The notes below the pieces were generated by a model. That model worked only from the letters and a program-made list of their open reading frames with translations. It was not told the DNA's origin and did not search any database. Made by a program: the position numbers and the translations under genes. A DNA stretch of 64,000 nucleotides from Enterobacter phage phiEap-3. Each line of letters begins with the position of its first letter. Within the stretch, counting starts at the first letter, position 1. The stretch lies in sequence record KT321315.1. One strand, 5' to 3'. Positions 7,318-18,100 of this stretch are shown here, in pieces.

Positions 7318-8172
7318 TTAGTATTTGCTCCAGACTTTTTTCGCGCCGTAAGGTTTCCCTTTGGACATAAATTGCTGAGTCGGTAGCCAAACAGCTTTCG
7401 CCCAATCCTTCGGGGCAATCTCTGCTAATGGTGATTTTAGGTGTGATGGTAGATATGCTTTGATCATTTCTGTTGCGCCTCGCATACCTTTCACGTTACC
7501 CCAGTTAATTTTAAGCACGGTCTTGTTAGAGAGGCGTTTAGTGGATCCGTACCCTCGCTTCAATAACTCTTCTAAAAACTCCTGTCGTGCTCTGGGTGGC
7601 GCATAGTGCAAGTTCAAACCATAGAACACCAAGTTACCCGCTTTTGATCTTCCGGATCCTAAGAAAATGATCAGTGGAAATCTATCCCAGTACGGTAGGG
7701 TGTCTTTATATTTTGCATCATATGCAAACGTGTACAAGCGACCCGTTGCTGGTTTTGCCACACGGTGTGTTTTGATACTGGTTTTGATGAAATTACCAAA
7801 CCATTCTGTCGAATCTTTCTGTCGCTTTGCTGCTGATACACCAACAGTGATCTTTTTCAGACTATTACGGAAATCGTTGATGATCTCGATCCCGTGTTTT
7901 TTACGGTAGTCATTACGTTTTTTACGGGCTTCTGTCTCTGCTGAACGTCGTTCAATCTCATCATCGATCTGTTTTTTGTAACGATGCATTGACTTTGTGA
8001 ACGTTGCGTAGTTTAATCCCTCAGAATCGGCAAAACGTTTAGCAGAAACACCTTTCGTTTTCGCCTTGCGGAATTTGATCCCCAGTTCAACCCAATCACT
8101 CAATTTGCGTTTGGGCGGTGCTTTGGGTTTATCCTCTTCCGCGATGATCTCAAACTCAAAAATAAAACTCAT
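7318..8172 (-). CDS. 2: gp2 DNA end-protector protein
   Basis: 284 aa in the T4-syntenic position between genes 3 and 4; basic N-terminal region as in gp2. Confidence 0.8.
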   Translation of the reverse strand: MSFIFEFEIIAEEDKPKAPPKRKLSDWVELGIKFRKAKTKGVSAKRFADSEGLNYATFTKSMHRYKKQIDDEIERRSAETEARKKRNDYRKKHGIEIINDFRNSLKKITVGVSAAKRQKDSTEWFGNFIKTSIKTHRVAKPATGRLYTFAYDAKYKDTLPYWDRFPLIIFLGSGRSKAGNLVFYGLNLHYAPPRARQEFLEELLKRGYGSTKRLSNKTVLKINWGNVKGMRGATEMIKAYLPSHLKSPLAEIAPKDWAKAVWLPTQQFMSKGKPYGAKKVWSKY

Positions 8173-8187
8173 GTTTCCCTCCAGGGA

Positions 8188-8655
8188 TTACTGACCTCGC
8201 CACCCAAAAACTTTTTTGAGTGATTCTTCTGTTACGATTTTGAACTGCCAGCCTTTTTGACGGCATAGCTCATTTGCGGCTTTCCACTTATCAATATTAA
8301 CTGTATAGGTGTAAAGAGCATCAATAAATTTCTTTTTATTGTGTACGTTGTTGTTTACTGGCTTCGGTGGGGGCATGGTTTCTTTAAGGGGCTTAACCTC
8401 CCAAAGATATGTAGTACCATTTTCCATTTCCACATAGAAATCCATGTAATAGCGTCTTCTCTTACCGTCTGCGTTGCAGAAATACGGGATCACTATACAT
8501 TCAGAATTCCAACGTTTTACGTGTGGGTTTTTATCCAGCCACTTCATAACGTAGCGCTCCCACGATGACCTATACGTAATCTTTCGCGGATCGCCTTTAT
8601 ACTTCTGTATGTTTTCGGGTACAAACGACCCTTTATACGTCTGTCTTCCAGCCAT
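8188..8655 (-). CDS. 4: gp4 head completion protein
   Basis: N-terminus MAGRQTYKGSFVPENIQKYKGD... is near-identical to my recollection of T4 gp4 (MAGRQKYSGIFSPKNPQKYKGD). Confidence 0.9.
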   Translation of the reverse strand: MAGRQTYKGSFVPENIQKYKGDPRKITYRSSWERYVMKWLDKNPHVKRWNSECIVIPYFCNADGKRRRYYMDFYVEMENGTTYLWEVKPLKETMPPPKPVNNNVHNKKKFIDALYTYTVNIDKWKAANELCRQKGWQFKIVTEESLKKVFGWRGQ

Positions 8656-8705
8656 TGCGTAAATCCTAAATAGAATAATATAACGTTTAGATAGGGGAAC
8701 TTATC

Positions 8706-9260
8706 GTGCTATTTTCATACTTCCCGCCTGTTGATTACAAAGGCACCCAGACAACTGATATTTTCCGAGACTATCGATTTTATTTTAATCGTGTGATTGG
8801 AAAATATAAAACCCGTAGTTACCAGATAACAGGTACACTACGACCTGAACAACTTGCAGAATCATTATATGGAAACCAGCAATACTACTGGATCCTGTTG
8901 ATGCTTAACTCTGTTTATGACCCTTTCTATGGTTGGATCACCGATCAGGAAGCCGCGTATCAGTGCGCTATACAGCGTTATTCTGAGGTTGGCGGTGAAC
9001 AGGTTCTGTATCATGTAGATGAAAACAACAACAAGTATTATAACCTTGTCGAAGACCCCAATAACCCTGGTCATTGGTATGACAAAGGTGACAAACCAAT
9101 GCTGTATTTACAGTATCAAGGTGTATTAGCTCCTGTAGATATTTATGAAGATGCAGTGTTGCAAAATGAAGCAAAACGAACAATAAAAATCATTAGTCCG
9201 TCTGACATCCAGGCGTTTCTGAATGATTTTATTAAAGAAATGGAAAAGGCTAACTCATGA
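8706..9260 (+). CDS. 53: gp53 baseplate wedge subunit
   Basis: MLFSYFPPVDY... matches the T4 gp53 start (MLFTFFDPIEY). GTG start at 8706. First gene of the plus-strand late cluster. Confidence 0.85.
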   Translation: MLFSYFPPVDYKGTQTTDIFRDYRFYFNRVIGKYKTRSYQITGTLRPEQLAESLYGNQQYYWILLMLNSVYDPFYGWITDQEAAYQCAIQRYSEVGGEQVLYHVDENNNKYYNLVEDPNNPGHWYDKGDKPMLYLQYQGVLAPVDIYEDAVLQNEAKRTIKIISPSDIQAFLNDFIKEMEKANS

Positions 9261-11026
9261 AATTAGGCGGAAATTTACACTCCCCTTTCTTTGATGGGGT
9301 GGTTGAAAACGTTGATGATCCGCGCGGGTTGGGCCGTGTTCAAGTCCGTGTATTTGGACAACACCCAGCCCAAAAACAAAAATCCGATGCAATCGGTGTT
9401 CCTGTTGAAGATTTACCCTGGATGATGCCTATTCAGGATATTAGAAGCGCTGCGATCTCTGGTGTGGGCTTCTCTCCAACTGGTATCACTCGCGGATCCT
9501 TTGTTGTTGGTTATTGGCGTGACAAATGGCACCAAGATGGTATGATAATCGGTACTGTCGCTGGTGAATATGTCGAACAACCAGACACACAGAAAGGTTT
9601 TTGCGATCCTATGGGTGAATACCCTCGCTATGTTGGTAACGATGTTAACTCCCTTGCTTTAGGTGGTTTGAAAGGCAAAGGATCATCAAGTGTCATCATT
9701 CGTGATTCAAACACAAGCATAGCAGTAAACCCAGACGATCGCCCACTGGATGAGATACCAGAAGATAACCGCCCTGATACGGGTGGATTTACGATCGAAA
9801 AGATGCTCAAGCAGGATGAAGGGATCCGCACACGCTGGTATACAGACAGTGAAGGATATCCGACAATTGGGATCGGGCATTTGCTTATCCGCGAAAAGAC
9901 TCGCGACACGGCAAAAATTAACGCTGCGATCAGTAAGGCGGTAGGTCGAGAAGTAACAAACGGGACAATAACGGCAGAAGAGGTATCAACCTTATTTGCT
10001 CAAGATTTAGCCAAAGTAAGATCTGATATTCAGAGAACAGCTAACGTCCGTGAAGTGTATGTGAACCTCAACCGTCCTCGTCAAATGGCGATCGAAAACA
10101 TGTCGTTTCAAATGGGCGTCGGTGGTGTTGCTAAATTCACCAATACCCTAAAAGCGATGAAAAATGAAGATTGGCAAGCGGCTTATAATGGTCTTCGAAA
10201 TTCACTATGGGCTAGTCAAACTCCAGGCCGTTCTTCTCGCGTGTCTAAAATCGTCCTCACGGGCAACCTTGAATCATATGGGGTACAAGTACCAGATCCG
10301 GAAGGGCGCTCTCTGAGTGCTGCTTACGCTGCGTATAACGGTGCTACATTGCTGGCGGCTAGTCCGGAAGATCCGTTTACTCCTGGTGATACCCGTGTGA
10401 TGTTTGAAGAACCAGCATCATCGTATAATGCTGAATATCCGTACAATATGGTTTTTGAATCGAGATCCGGACACATCCAGGAATTCGATGATACCCCAGG
10501 ATACGAACGATATAACCGCGTTCACCCAGCAGGAAGTTACGAAGAAATTCGCCCGGATGGAACCCGCGTTGTTAAAATCGTAGGGGATGATTATCAAATT
10601 GTGATGCAGGGCCGTAAACTCAACGTTAAAGGCAACTTGCAGGTAGTTATTGAAGGTGATGCGTTCATTTACAACATGGGTAACGTTCAACAGACGGTTG
10701 ATGGTAACGTAACTGAATTTGTTCGTGGCAACGTTCAACAAACGGTTGAAGGTGAGTACGTTGGTCTGATTAAAGGCAATGCTGAACTAACTGTAAACAA
10801 AGATGCAACAGTTAACGTTGATCAGAATCTTACCGCAAATGTGAAACAGAATGCAACCGTGGCTGTAACAGAAGACGCAACGGTCACTGCAAAAAATGCG
10901 AAAATTGAGATTGAAGAAACGATGGATATCGGTGCTAAAGATATCAATATCAAAGCAACGAATAACACGTTTATTGATTCTGGCGCATTAACAAAAATCA
11001 CTGGCGGCACCGTCCAAGTGGGGTAA
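9257..11026 (+). CDS. 5: gp5 baseplate hub subunit and tail lysozyme
   Basis: OB-fold N-terminus, T4-lysozyme domain (DSEGYPTIGIGHLL) and C-terminal beta-helix repeats (VxGNVQQTV...). Confidence 0.95.
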   Translation: MKLGGNLHSPFFDGVVENVDDPRGLGRVQVRVFGQHPAQKQKSDAIGVPVEDLPWMMPIQDIRSAAISGVGFSPTGITRGSFVVGYWRDKWHQDGMIIGTVAGEYVEQPDTQKGFCDPMGEYPRYVGNDVNSLALGGLKGKGSSSVIIRDSNTSIAVNPDDRPLDEIPEDNRPDTGGFTIEKMLKQDEGIRTRWYTDSEGYPTIGIGHLLIREKTRDTAKINAAISKAVGREVTNGTITAEEVSTLFAQDLAKVRSDIQRTANVREVYVNLNRPRQMAIENMSFQMGVGGVAKFTNTLKAMKNEDWQAAYNGLRNSLWASQTPGRSSRVSKIVLTGNLESYGVQVPDPEGRSLSAAYAAYNGATLLAASPEDPFTPGDTRVMFEEPASSYNAEYPYNMVFESRSGHIQEFDDTPGYERYNRVHPAGSYEEIRPDGTRVVKIVGDDYQIVMQGRKLNVKGNLQVVIEGDAFIYNMGNVQQTVDGNVTEFVRGNVQQTVEGEYVGLIKGNAELTVNKDATVNVDQNLTANVKQNATVAVTEDATVTAKNAKIEIEETMDIGAKDINIKATNNTFIDSGALTKITGGTVQVG

Positions 11027-11030
11027 TTAA

Positions 11031-13097
11031 ATGATTATGGATTATGAATCAATAATTGATGGAATTATGCAAAATTATCAGCATCCTTGTGATGCTGAGA
11101 TCCCCGCTGGCTATTATCGGCGGGTTATCTGGCAAGGGCATACAGAAAATTATCCGGCTGTTGGGGTTGAGTGGGATACCGAGATAATCAAAATCGGTAC
11201 TCATCTTTATACTCAAGAACCGTTCGGACATAGAAGCACGGATCTACCTGTTGTCAATTCACCGGGAACAGATCCAAATACCGGACAGCCAACAGGGATC
11301 CTTGTTCCGAAGATTGGCTATTATTTCAACACTCAAGCCGAAATTGATGCTTACATTACATCAATTGGTGCAACTAAAATCAATGGTGGTAATGATTGGT
11401 ACGGCGCGGATCTGTCAAAATCAAACCTATACAAAAACCCTGGCGAACTGGCTATGTATAAGGTTGAAAACAGTGGCGGGTATCTTTCCGGAACAAACCC
11501 TGTATGTGATGCTCGCATACGTCAGGCGTATAATCAGGACACTGGCGCATTCACCAATATTGATTATTATTGGAATGGTAATCGTATAGCCTATATGAAG
11601 CATGACGAAACAGGGGCGCACCAGTGCAAATATACGGGTATGCAGGTTAACACCAACGCAGATACAAGCATTCCTCCTGTTCCTCCTGCAATGCCTTCCA
11701 CTTATGGGGCATTACCGAGTGAATTAAGCCGTGCTGATATTTCATGTATTCCGGCAACTGTTGGTTTCGCATATACAAATATCAGTGATGCTATGTTACA
11801 GGCATGGAACGAAACCCGTAATACGTTCAAGCTACAGTTTAACATGTTAACGGGTGCTGTACAGAATGGATTCGGGATCGCGACGATGTTTGATGGTTTA
11901 TCCGTATCGATGGAAGAAGTAATGTCGGGGGCGCTCGCATTGTCACAGCAAGCATGGCAAACTGCTATGAAAGTTTTCAGACAAGTGATTAGCGCTGCAT
12001 TTAACATTATCGGTGGTGCGTGGGGATTGATTAATCAGTTCTTGCCTCAAGTAACCATCTTAGGTGTTGCGATCAACATTTACGATCTGGTGTTTGGTGA
12101 TAATTCTGTTCAGACTTTGAAAGATGCATTTAATGCAATCATCAAATCCGGACAACAAACATATGAAACCGTCATAAACGCAATATACGGGGCCATAGGA
12201 AGCGCATACAATTACTCTGTGGAATATGTCAAAGCTGGCGCTCGCGACCTTGTAGATGCGTGTAGCGCGTTATTTGATTGGTGTTTAACGATGTTCCAAA
12301 ACGGTTGCGTTGCATTAATCGACTTATACGGTCGGATCATGCAAACATGGGCTATCCCTCCGGAAGTTCCAAACCCGTTATGGTCTGCGGTGCTGGCTAT
12401 CCGTAACATCATGATGCAAATCAAACCACTTGATATAATTCTGGGCGGTAACTTCCCTGGATTTACTGCAATGGATTTGTATCAACAAGCACAGGAAAAA
12501 GTCAAGGCTTTTGTTGATGAGTCATACGAACAGATCCGAGGGCTTTATGAACAAGGGCAGGAACTTTACAAAACGTTAAAAAATCAGATTTTCGAGCGTG
12601 ATGCAATTCAGAGAAAATTCAACCAGTACTTAAACTGGATGTGGGGCGCTGTAACAGACGAAGCAACAGCGGCTTATCAATCTGCATTGGATGCTGCAAA
12701 CGCTGCTGTAGCTGCAACACAGGCCGCGTATGACGCTATACAGGAACAGATTGGAACTCTACAAGATGCAATGAAAGATACATACAGCATGGCGATGGAA
12801 GAATTAAAGAAATTGCCTTTGATGAGTACAATAAACGAGTTTTTAGGATTCTGTGGTGTCGCATTTGACGATCTTCTCAAGTCATATGAAAATGCGATTA
12901 CTGGTGCTCAGTCTCTGTACAAAAATTTCATTGATAGTTCGCGCTCGTTTAAAGATCACTGCAAAGTAATCTATAACCAAATTTGTACGCTGGCGTTGAG
13001 TAAAGTCACACAATATGTGAATAAATTGCTGTCTCTCATAGGATTAGCAATCAACTTTGGTTCGATTAGTGTATGTGTTCCAGTACTGAAATACTAA
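11031..13097 (+). CDS. large hypothetical protein (688 aa) in the gp5-gp6 interval; hydrophobic/amphipathic central region
   Basis: Long uninterrupted ORF filling the gap between gp5 and gp6. I recognise no homolog. In T4 this slot holds small ORFs 5.1/5.3/5.4. Confidence 0.7.
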   Translation: MIMDYESIIDGIMQNYQHPCDAEIPAGYYRRVIWQGHTENYPAVGVEWDTEIIKIGTHLYTQEPFGHRSTDLPVVNSPGTDPNTGQPTGILVPKIGYYFNTQAEIDAYITSIGATKINGGNDWYGADLSKSNLYKNPGELAMYKVENSGGYLSGTNPVCDARIRQAYNQDTGAFTNIDYYWNGNRIAYMKHDETGAHQCKYTGMQVNTNADTSIPPVPPAMPSTYGALPSELSRADISCIPATVGFAYTNISDAMLQAWNETRNTFKLQFNMLTGAVQNGFGIATMFDGLSVSMEEVMSGALALSQQAWQTAMKVFRQVISAAFNIIGGAWGLINQFLPQVTILGVAINIYDLVFGDNSVQTLKDAFNAIIKSGQQTYETVINAIYGAIGSAYNYSVEYVKAGARDLVDACSALFDWCLTMFQNGCVALIDLYGRIMQTWAIPPEVPNPLWSAVLAIRNIMMQIKPLDIILGGNFPGFTAMDLYQQAQEKVKAFVDESYEQIRGLYEQGQELYKTLKNQIFERDAIQRKFNQYLNWMWGAVTDEATAAYQSALDAANAAVAATQAAYDAIQEQIGTLQDAMKDTYSMAMEELKKLPLMSTINEFLGFCGVAFDDLLKSYENAITGAQSLYKNFIDSSRSFKDHCKVIYNQICTLALSKVTQYVNKLLSLIGLAINFGSISVCVPVLKY

Positions 13098-13128
13098 ATA
13101 GTCGAATGATCAAGAGGAATTTATAATA

Positions 13129-15054
13129 ATGGCTACTGCTAAGACTAAGACTGTCAAAAAACAGATTAACCAAATCCCCGATATTTTTATCGGGGGTACT
13201 TTCGAAGAAATTAAAACAGATCTGATTGATTGGCTGGGTGGACAAGAAGAGTTTAAGGATTACGATTTTTCCGGCTCGCGAATGAACGTACTGATCGACC
13301 TTCTGTCGTATGCTACTCTTTATATTCAGCAGATGGGTAACACGGCTCTATTTGAATCGTTTATTCGCACGGCTGCATTGCGTAGTTCTGTTGTACAGTC
13401 TGCTCAAGATCTGGGATATATGCCAGATTCTCGCACGGCTGCAAGCACAGCAGTAATGATTACGGCTGCTAACCCACTGACCCCAACATCGATCCGTATC
13501 CCGCGCGGTACAAAATTCATCGGTACTGTAAAGAATACAGACAGTTATTCTTTTGTTGTATCAGATGACGTTGTTATCGTTCGTGATAGTAATAACAACT
13601 ATACATCAATGCTGAACCTGGTGCAAGGCCGTTTAGTTCGTACTGAACTAATTTATGACGGTTCGAGTATCCTGATCCGAGATCCAAACATTGACCGTAG
13701 TCAGGTACGTTTAACTGTAAACGGCGCACAATGGGAAGACTGGACAAACGAAAGCATTGTAAACGCAACAGGCGCAAGCACGATTTACTACATGCGTGAA
13801 ACTGTTGATGGACATACCGAAGTTTATTTCGGTGAAGGTGAAGCAAGTCAACAAGTGGCGGGTGGCGCATTAACCGCTGAATATATCGGGGGCTTGAAAC
13901 CTGCTAATGGATCGACTATCGTTATTGAATACCTGTCAACCGATGGGGAAGCGGCTAACGGTGCAAAAGATTTTATCTATGTCGATACATTAACCAATAT
14001 TAGCATCACGGCGATTAAAGAGAACCCAACCAACACCCCTGATTATGTCGGTGCTGATGGTGGTGGTGATCCAGAAGATATCGAGCGTATTCGAGAACTG
14101 GCCCCTGTTATGCGTGAAACACAACGCCGTTGTGTAACTGCATCGGATTATGAATCATTCCTGTCTCACAGATTTGGTTCTATCATCCAGGCGGTACAGT
14201 GCTTTACTGATAACGAAAAACCTGGTTATGCTTTCATTTCTGTTAAACCAAAGTCAGGTTTGCGCCTAACATCGGTACAGAAAGAAGATATGCAAACGTA
14301 TCTTTCGAAATATAACCTCGCGACGATCACCCCGTCGATTATGGATCCTAACTATCTGTATATTGTGCAATCTGTCAAAGTAACGTATGATATCAGTAAG
14401 TTGACGGAATCAGAGGAATGGTTACGCGGTCAGGTTATTTCATCGATCGACTCTTACTATACTGACAACGTTGAAATTTTCAACAAATCTTTCAGTGTAT
14501 CTAAGATGTTGACTTATGTCGATCAGTCTGATACTTCTATTATCGGTTCGGAAGCAGATATTAAATTGCTCCGTGAAATTGACAACTATTACAGCGCCCC
14601 TATGTCTGGGATTCATTTCTTGAACCAGGTGGAATCTAAATCAATCATTTCCAGTACGTTCAAGTTCACCAACGAACAAGACGAAAGTTATGATGTTCGT
14701 TATGCTTCTACGGAAATGGATCAGGATGGTAACGCAAAAATTGTAATAGGCCCGTTCAAGGATGGGGATATTTCGATTGCTGCTTATACAGGCGATGACT
14801 TTGAAAAATTAACAGATGCAGGAACCCGTAATAAATATTACGAAGTTGGATCGGTTTCTCATTACACCGATTTCATTAGCTTTGACCTGGGCGTTCTGAA
14901 CGTATCCGCCGATAGTTTCAGCGCTGCTTATATCGAGCTAAATGCAAAACCTCTCGAAGAAACCATTTTTACTCGCGATGGTTCGTTGATCGTGTTTGAA
15001 AATGACCTGCGTCCTCAATATACCACATTGACTATGAATCCTATCAGTCAATAA
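13129..15054 (+). CDS. 6: gp6 baseplate wedge subunit
   Basis: Collinear similarity to T4 gp6 (IPDIFIGGTFEEIK..., ...TRDGSLIVFENDLRPQYTTL...PISQ at the C-terminus). Confidence 0.95.
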   Translation: MATAKTKTVKKQINQIPDIFIGGTFEEIKTDLIDWLGGQEEFKDYDFSGSRMNVLIDLLSYATLYIQQMGNTALFESFIRTAALRSSVVQSAQDLGYMPDSRTAASTAVMITAANPLTPTSIRIPRGTKFIGTVKNTDSYSFVVSDDVVIVRDSNNNYTSMLNLVQGRLVRTELIYDGSSILIRDPNIDRSQVRLTVNGAQWEDWTNESIVNATGASTIYYMRETVDGHTEVYFGEGEASQQVAGGALTAEYIGGLKPANGSTIVIEYLSTDGEAANGAKDFIYVDTLTNISITAIKENPTNTPDYVGADGGGDPEDIERIRELAPVMRETQRRCVTASDYESFLSHRFGSIIQAVQCFTDNEKPGYAFISVKPKSGLRLTSVQKEDMQTYLSKYNLATITPSIMDPNYLYIVQSVKVTYDISKLTESEEWLRGQVISSIDSYYTDNVEIFNKSFSVSKMLTYVDQSDTSIIGSEADIKLLREIDNYYSAPMSGIHFLNQVESKSIISSTFKFTNEQDESYDVRYASTEMDQDGNAKIVIGPFKDGDISIAAYTGDDFEKLTDAGTRNKYYEVGSVSHYTDFISFDLGVLNVSADSFSAAYIELNAKPLEETIFTRDGSLIVFENDLRPQYTTLTMNPISQ

Positions 15055-15091
15055 TCTTTAACCCCTGTCTTCGGATAGGGGTTTTTCTTTT

Positions 15092-15099
15092 TATAAATA
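15092..15099 (+). promoter_or_regulatory. T4-type late promoter TATAAATA (gene 7)
   Basis: Exact octamer 36 nt upstream of the gp7 ATG, after the gp6 terminator hairpin. Confidence 0.6.
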
Positions 15100-15134
15100 C
15101 GTGATATACATAACCGCAAATTTGGAGAAATATA

Positions 15135-18100
15135 ATGATTAAAGCGCCTTCGATTACGAGTTTGCGCGTTGATAAGCTGGCTGCTAACTTCGTTTACCTT
15201 AAATGGGATGATGTTGGCATGGATTTCTATTATGTGGTTGAATTGGCCCGTAGCCGTGATATGGACGGAACTATTATCCCAGATGAAAATTTAATCTGGA
15301 GTCAGTTGGGCTATAGCTACGAAAACGAATGGTTTAGCGATCAGGTTGCCCCAAATACACGTTATAAATTCCGTATTCAAACAACTCATGAAGGGTTTGA
15401 ACCTTCTGATTGGGTGATCAGCGATGAATTATGGACGTTTGATGAGAACGCCTACGCATATACAACCATGCGTGAATTCACCCCTGCTGATTCGTTTATC
15501 AATGAAAAATTCGCCAAAAACAATCGTGATTACGTCGATTTTAACGATGATGTTATTATGGCTTCTCTGATGGTTGAGGATTTTGTATACTCTCCCCTGT
15601 ATTCTGATGTAAGCCAGATCAGCGATAAGATCCTGAAACAAGAAAGCTACCACGAAATTCAAGATCACATCGAACACGTTTGTAATGATATAGATCGCAC
15701 TTTCCTGGTATACTCAAACGGATTGCTTTACCTGTTTGAACGTTTTCAGAATATGGCTAAAGTGTCAAATGACAAAGGCCAAACGTGGTATTACTACAAA
15801 GCATTAAACGATCGCGTAGGCAATCCGGTTTCCCGTACCGTTGCTTATCAGAGCGCTAACACTACGTATGTGTTAGGATACGATCGCATATTTTACGGGC
15901 GCACGTCAACAGATATTCGTTGGTCTTCTGATGAAGTTCGTTTTTCTGCTGATGATGTAACGTTTGCGAAGCTGGGGAACCAGTCAGGGTTAGATTTTGA
16001 TGTTGACTCATACAACACGTATGCGCGTCTACCGGGCGGAGTGTCGAAGTATGCCGAAGCTATGGCTTGTTCTAGTGACTGGCTCTACGTGGCTGCTAAG
16101 AACGTTATGCGCCGTATTGCGTTACGTAACACACCAATTGATACTGATCCTGGTTCGCCGACCTTTGGTGAACGTATTTTTGATGAAGTTTCATATACCA
16201 TCGTACCAGGAAATGATAAAATTGTTGTTAAAAAAATGGACGTGCTGAATGACCGTCTGTACGTTCTGGTAACTGGTGAAGTTAAAACGGCGATGATGGA
16301 TCCGACTGTCAAGGCTAACGTGATCCCATCAAATGATGCTGGCGTTTATCTGTGGGATGAGACTGAAAAGACGTTTACCCGTGTTTATGGTAAAACCGAA
16401 GAGGAACGTTTTTATATCACTCATGAATATACCAATATGTCAACTAACGGCGACGAAGTTTACATTTCTGTTGGTAACTACAAATATCCAGGAACTTTGC
16501 CAGATCCAGATCTGGTTGAAAAGTATCCGGAAGATGTGCATTCAGCGGTGAAATACGATCTTGTTCCTGGTTATACTGCGAGCATTTCGATTAACTTTGC
16601 TACAGTTCGAGCAAATCAGAACGATCCTACAGTATGGAACTTTGGGCCGCAAGAGTACTACAATGAAGCAAACTTTAGCTGGCATTTCCGCGATAAGGTT
16701 AGCACATGGATCACCAATGATAACCGTCCTCTGGTGGTTTATCCGGAAACCCTGTATACTCTGGTTACTGATAGCGCGTCTCCTGCGTCAACGATTCGTG
16801 TAAACCATGAAGTTTGGGACAAAGGAACAGTTACTATCTACTTGAATAATATCAAGTTTACTGGTTTTACGAAGTACACAAACGGCGTTCTGTTGTATCG
16901 CTCAGGTGGTAGGATTATTGGATTCTATGAACTGTCATACCGTGCAAGGGATGAACTCACTATTTTCTGGAAACCTGATAACACTTTAATGGTGGCAAGT
17001 CTGGTTAATCAGGAACGTGAAAACCCATACACGCCGGATATTGAACCTGGACTAATCGACCCTGATCTGAGTCACATGATCACTCGTTTTGCTCCGCAAA
17101 GCTATCTGGACAACCAACAGTTCGAAAAATTTGGTGAATACTATCTGCAATATATTTCGTTGGGTAGCAACAGTTACTATAACAAATTGCTGAACCTCAT
17201 CCGGAACAAATATCCGAGAGAGAAAAACAACGTTGAATATTTGTGGTCTGAAATTAACCGCCGTAACATTTACCTGGATAAAACCAAACGTGAGGCAGTG
17301 GTTAGATTTTTTGAATCACGTGCAAGCGATTTCTATTCAACAAAAGGGATTGAGGCAAGTTATACGTTCCTGTTTAAATTGCTGTATAACGAAGATGTTT
17401 CCGTTGAGATCGAAAGCTCCAACAGTCTCGAATATGATATTTTGGTTAGTTCAACAAATATCAGTCAGGATATCGTAGGCCGGACGATCTATACACCAAC
17501 TGGACGCGCTAACGTTACATACATCGAACGTGAATATGAAAATGGTCAATTGCGTTGGTCAATGACTCTGCATAATGCTCAAGGTAACTTTATCGAAGGA
17601 CAGGTTGTCAAGTCAGAAAAAACCAATTTCACCGGAATGGTAATTCGTGGTGTTCGCGGTAAACAAATGGCTAACAACTCGATCGACTATATCAACCGTG
17701 GACGATCTTACTATGTGATGAAAATTCGTTCAAATCTACCGACTTCCCGTTATAAGGATGACGTATTGAGGTTTGTTCATCCGGTAGGATTCGGCTTTAT
17801 GGGTATCACGATGTTAACAGTATTCATCAACTCTGGTTTGTCAATGACTCATAACGAGACAATCATTGATATTCTGAGAAACTACCGTTTCGATAGTGGT
17901 TATCCTAAGTTCTGGCCTGATCGCATTGCGAGTATGGACGGTAACGGAAACCAACAATTCGACCTGGTTACTGGTGAACCTCTGTACACCGCACACCCGC
18001 GAGCGGGGGAACCTTTTGATGTGCCTCCGGAATATGACATTGAAGAAAAACCGCTTAACGGTGTTCTTCCTTCTGCGCGACGGTTCGATCAAAGTCCGTT

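Noticed and set aside
10682-10749. 20-bp direct repeat aacgttcaacaRacggttga in gene 5 as a replication iteron (T4 oriE lies in gene 5)
   Set aside because: The repeat simply encodes the duplicated GNVQQTV beta-helix rungs. Only two copies are present, so it is not called as an origin.
11031-13097. PAAR domain within the 688-aa ORF
   Set aside because: No PAAR-like repeated Pxx(R) motifs in a Gly/Val-rich beta-strand context were recognisable. A spike-tip role therefore cannot be claimed from sequence.
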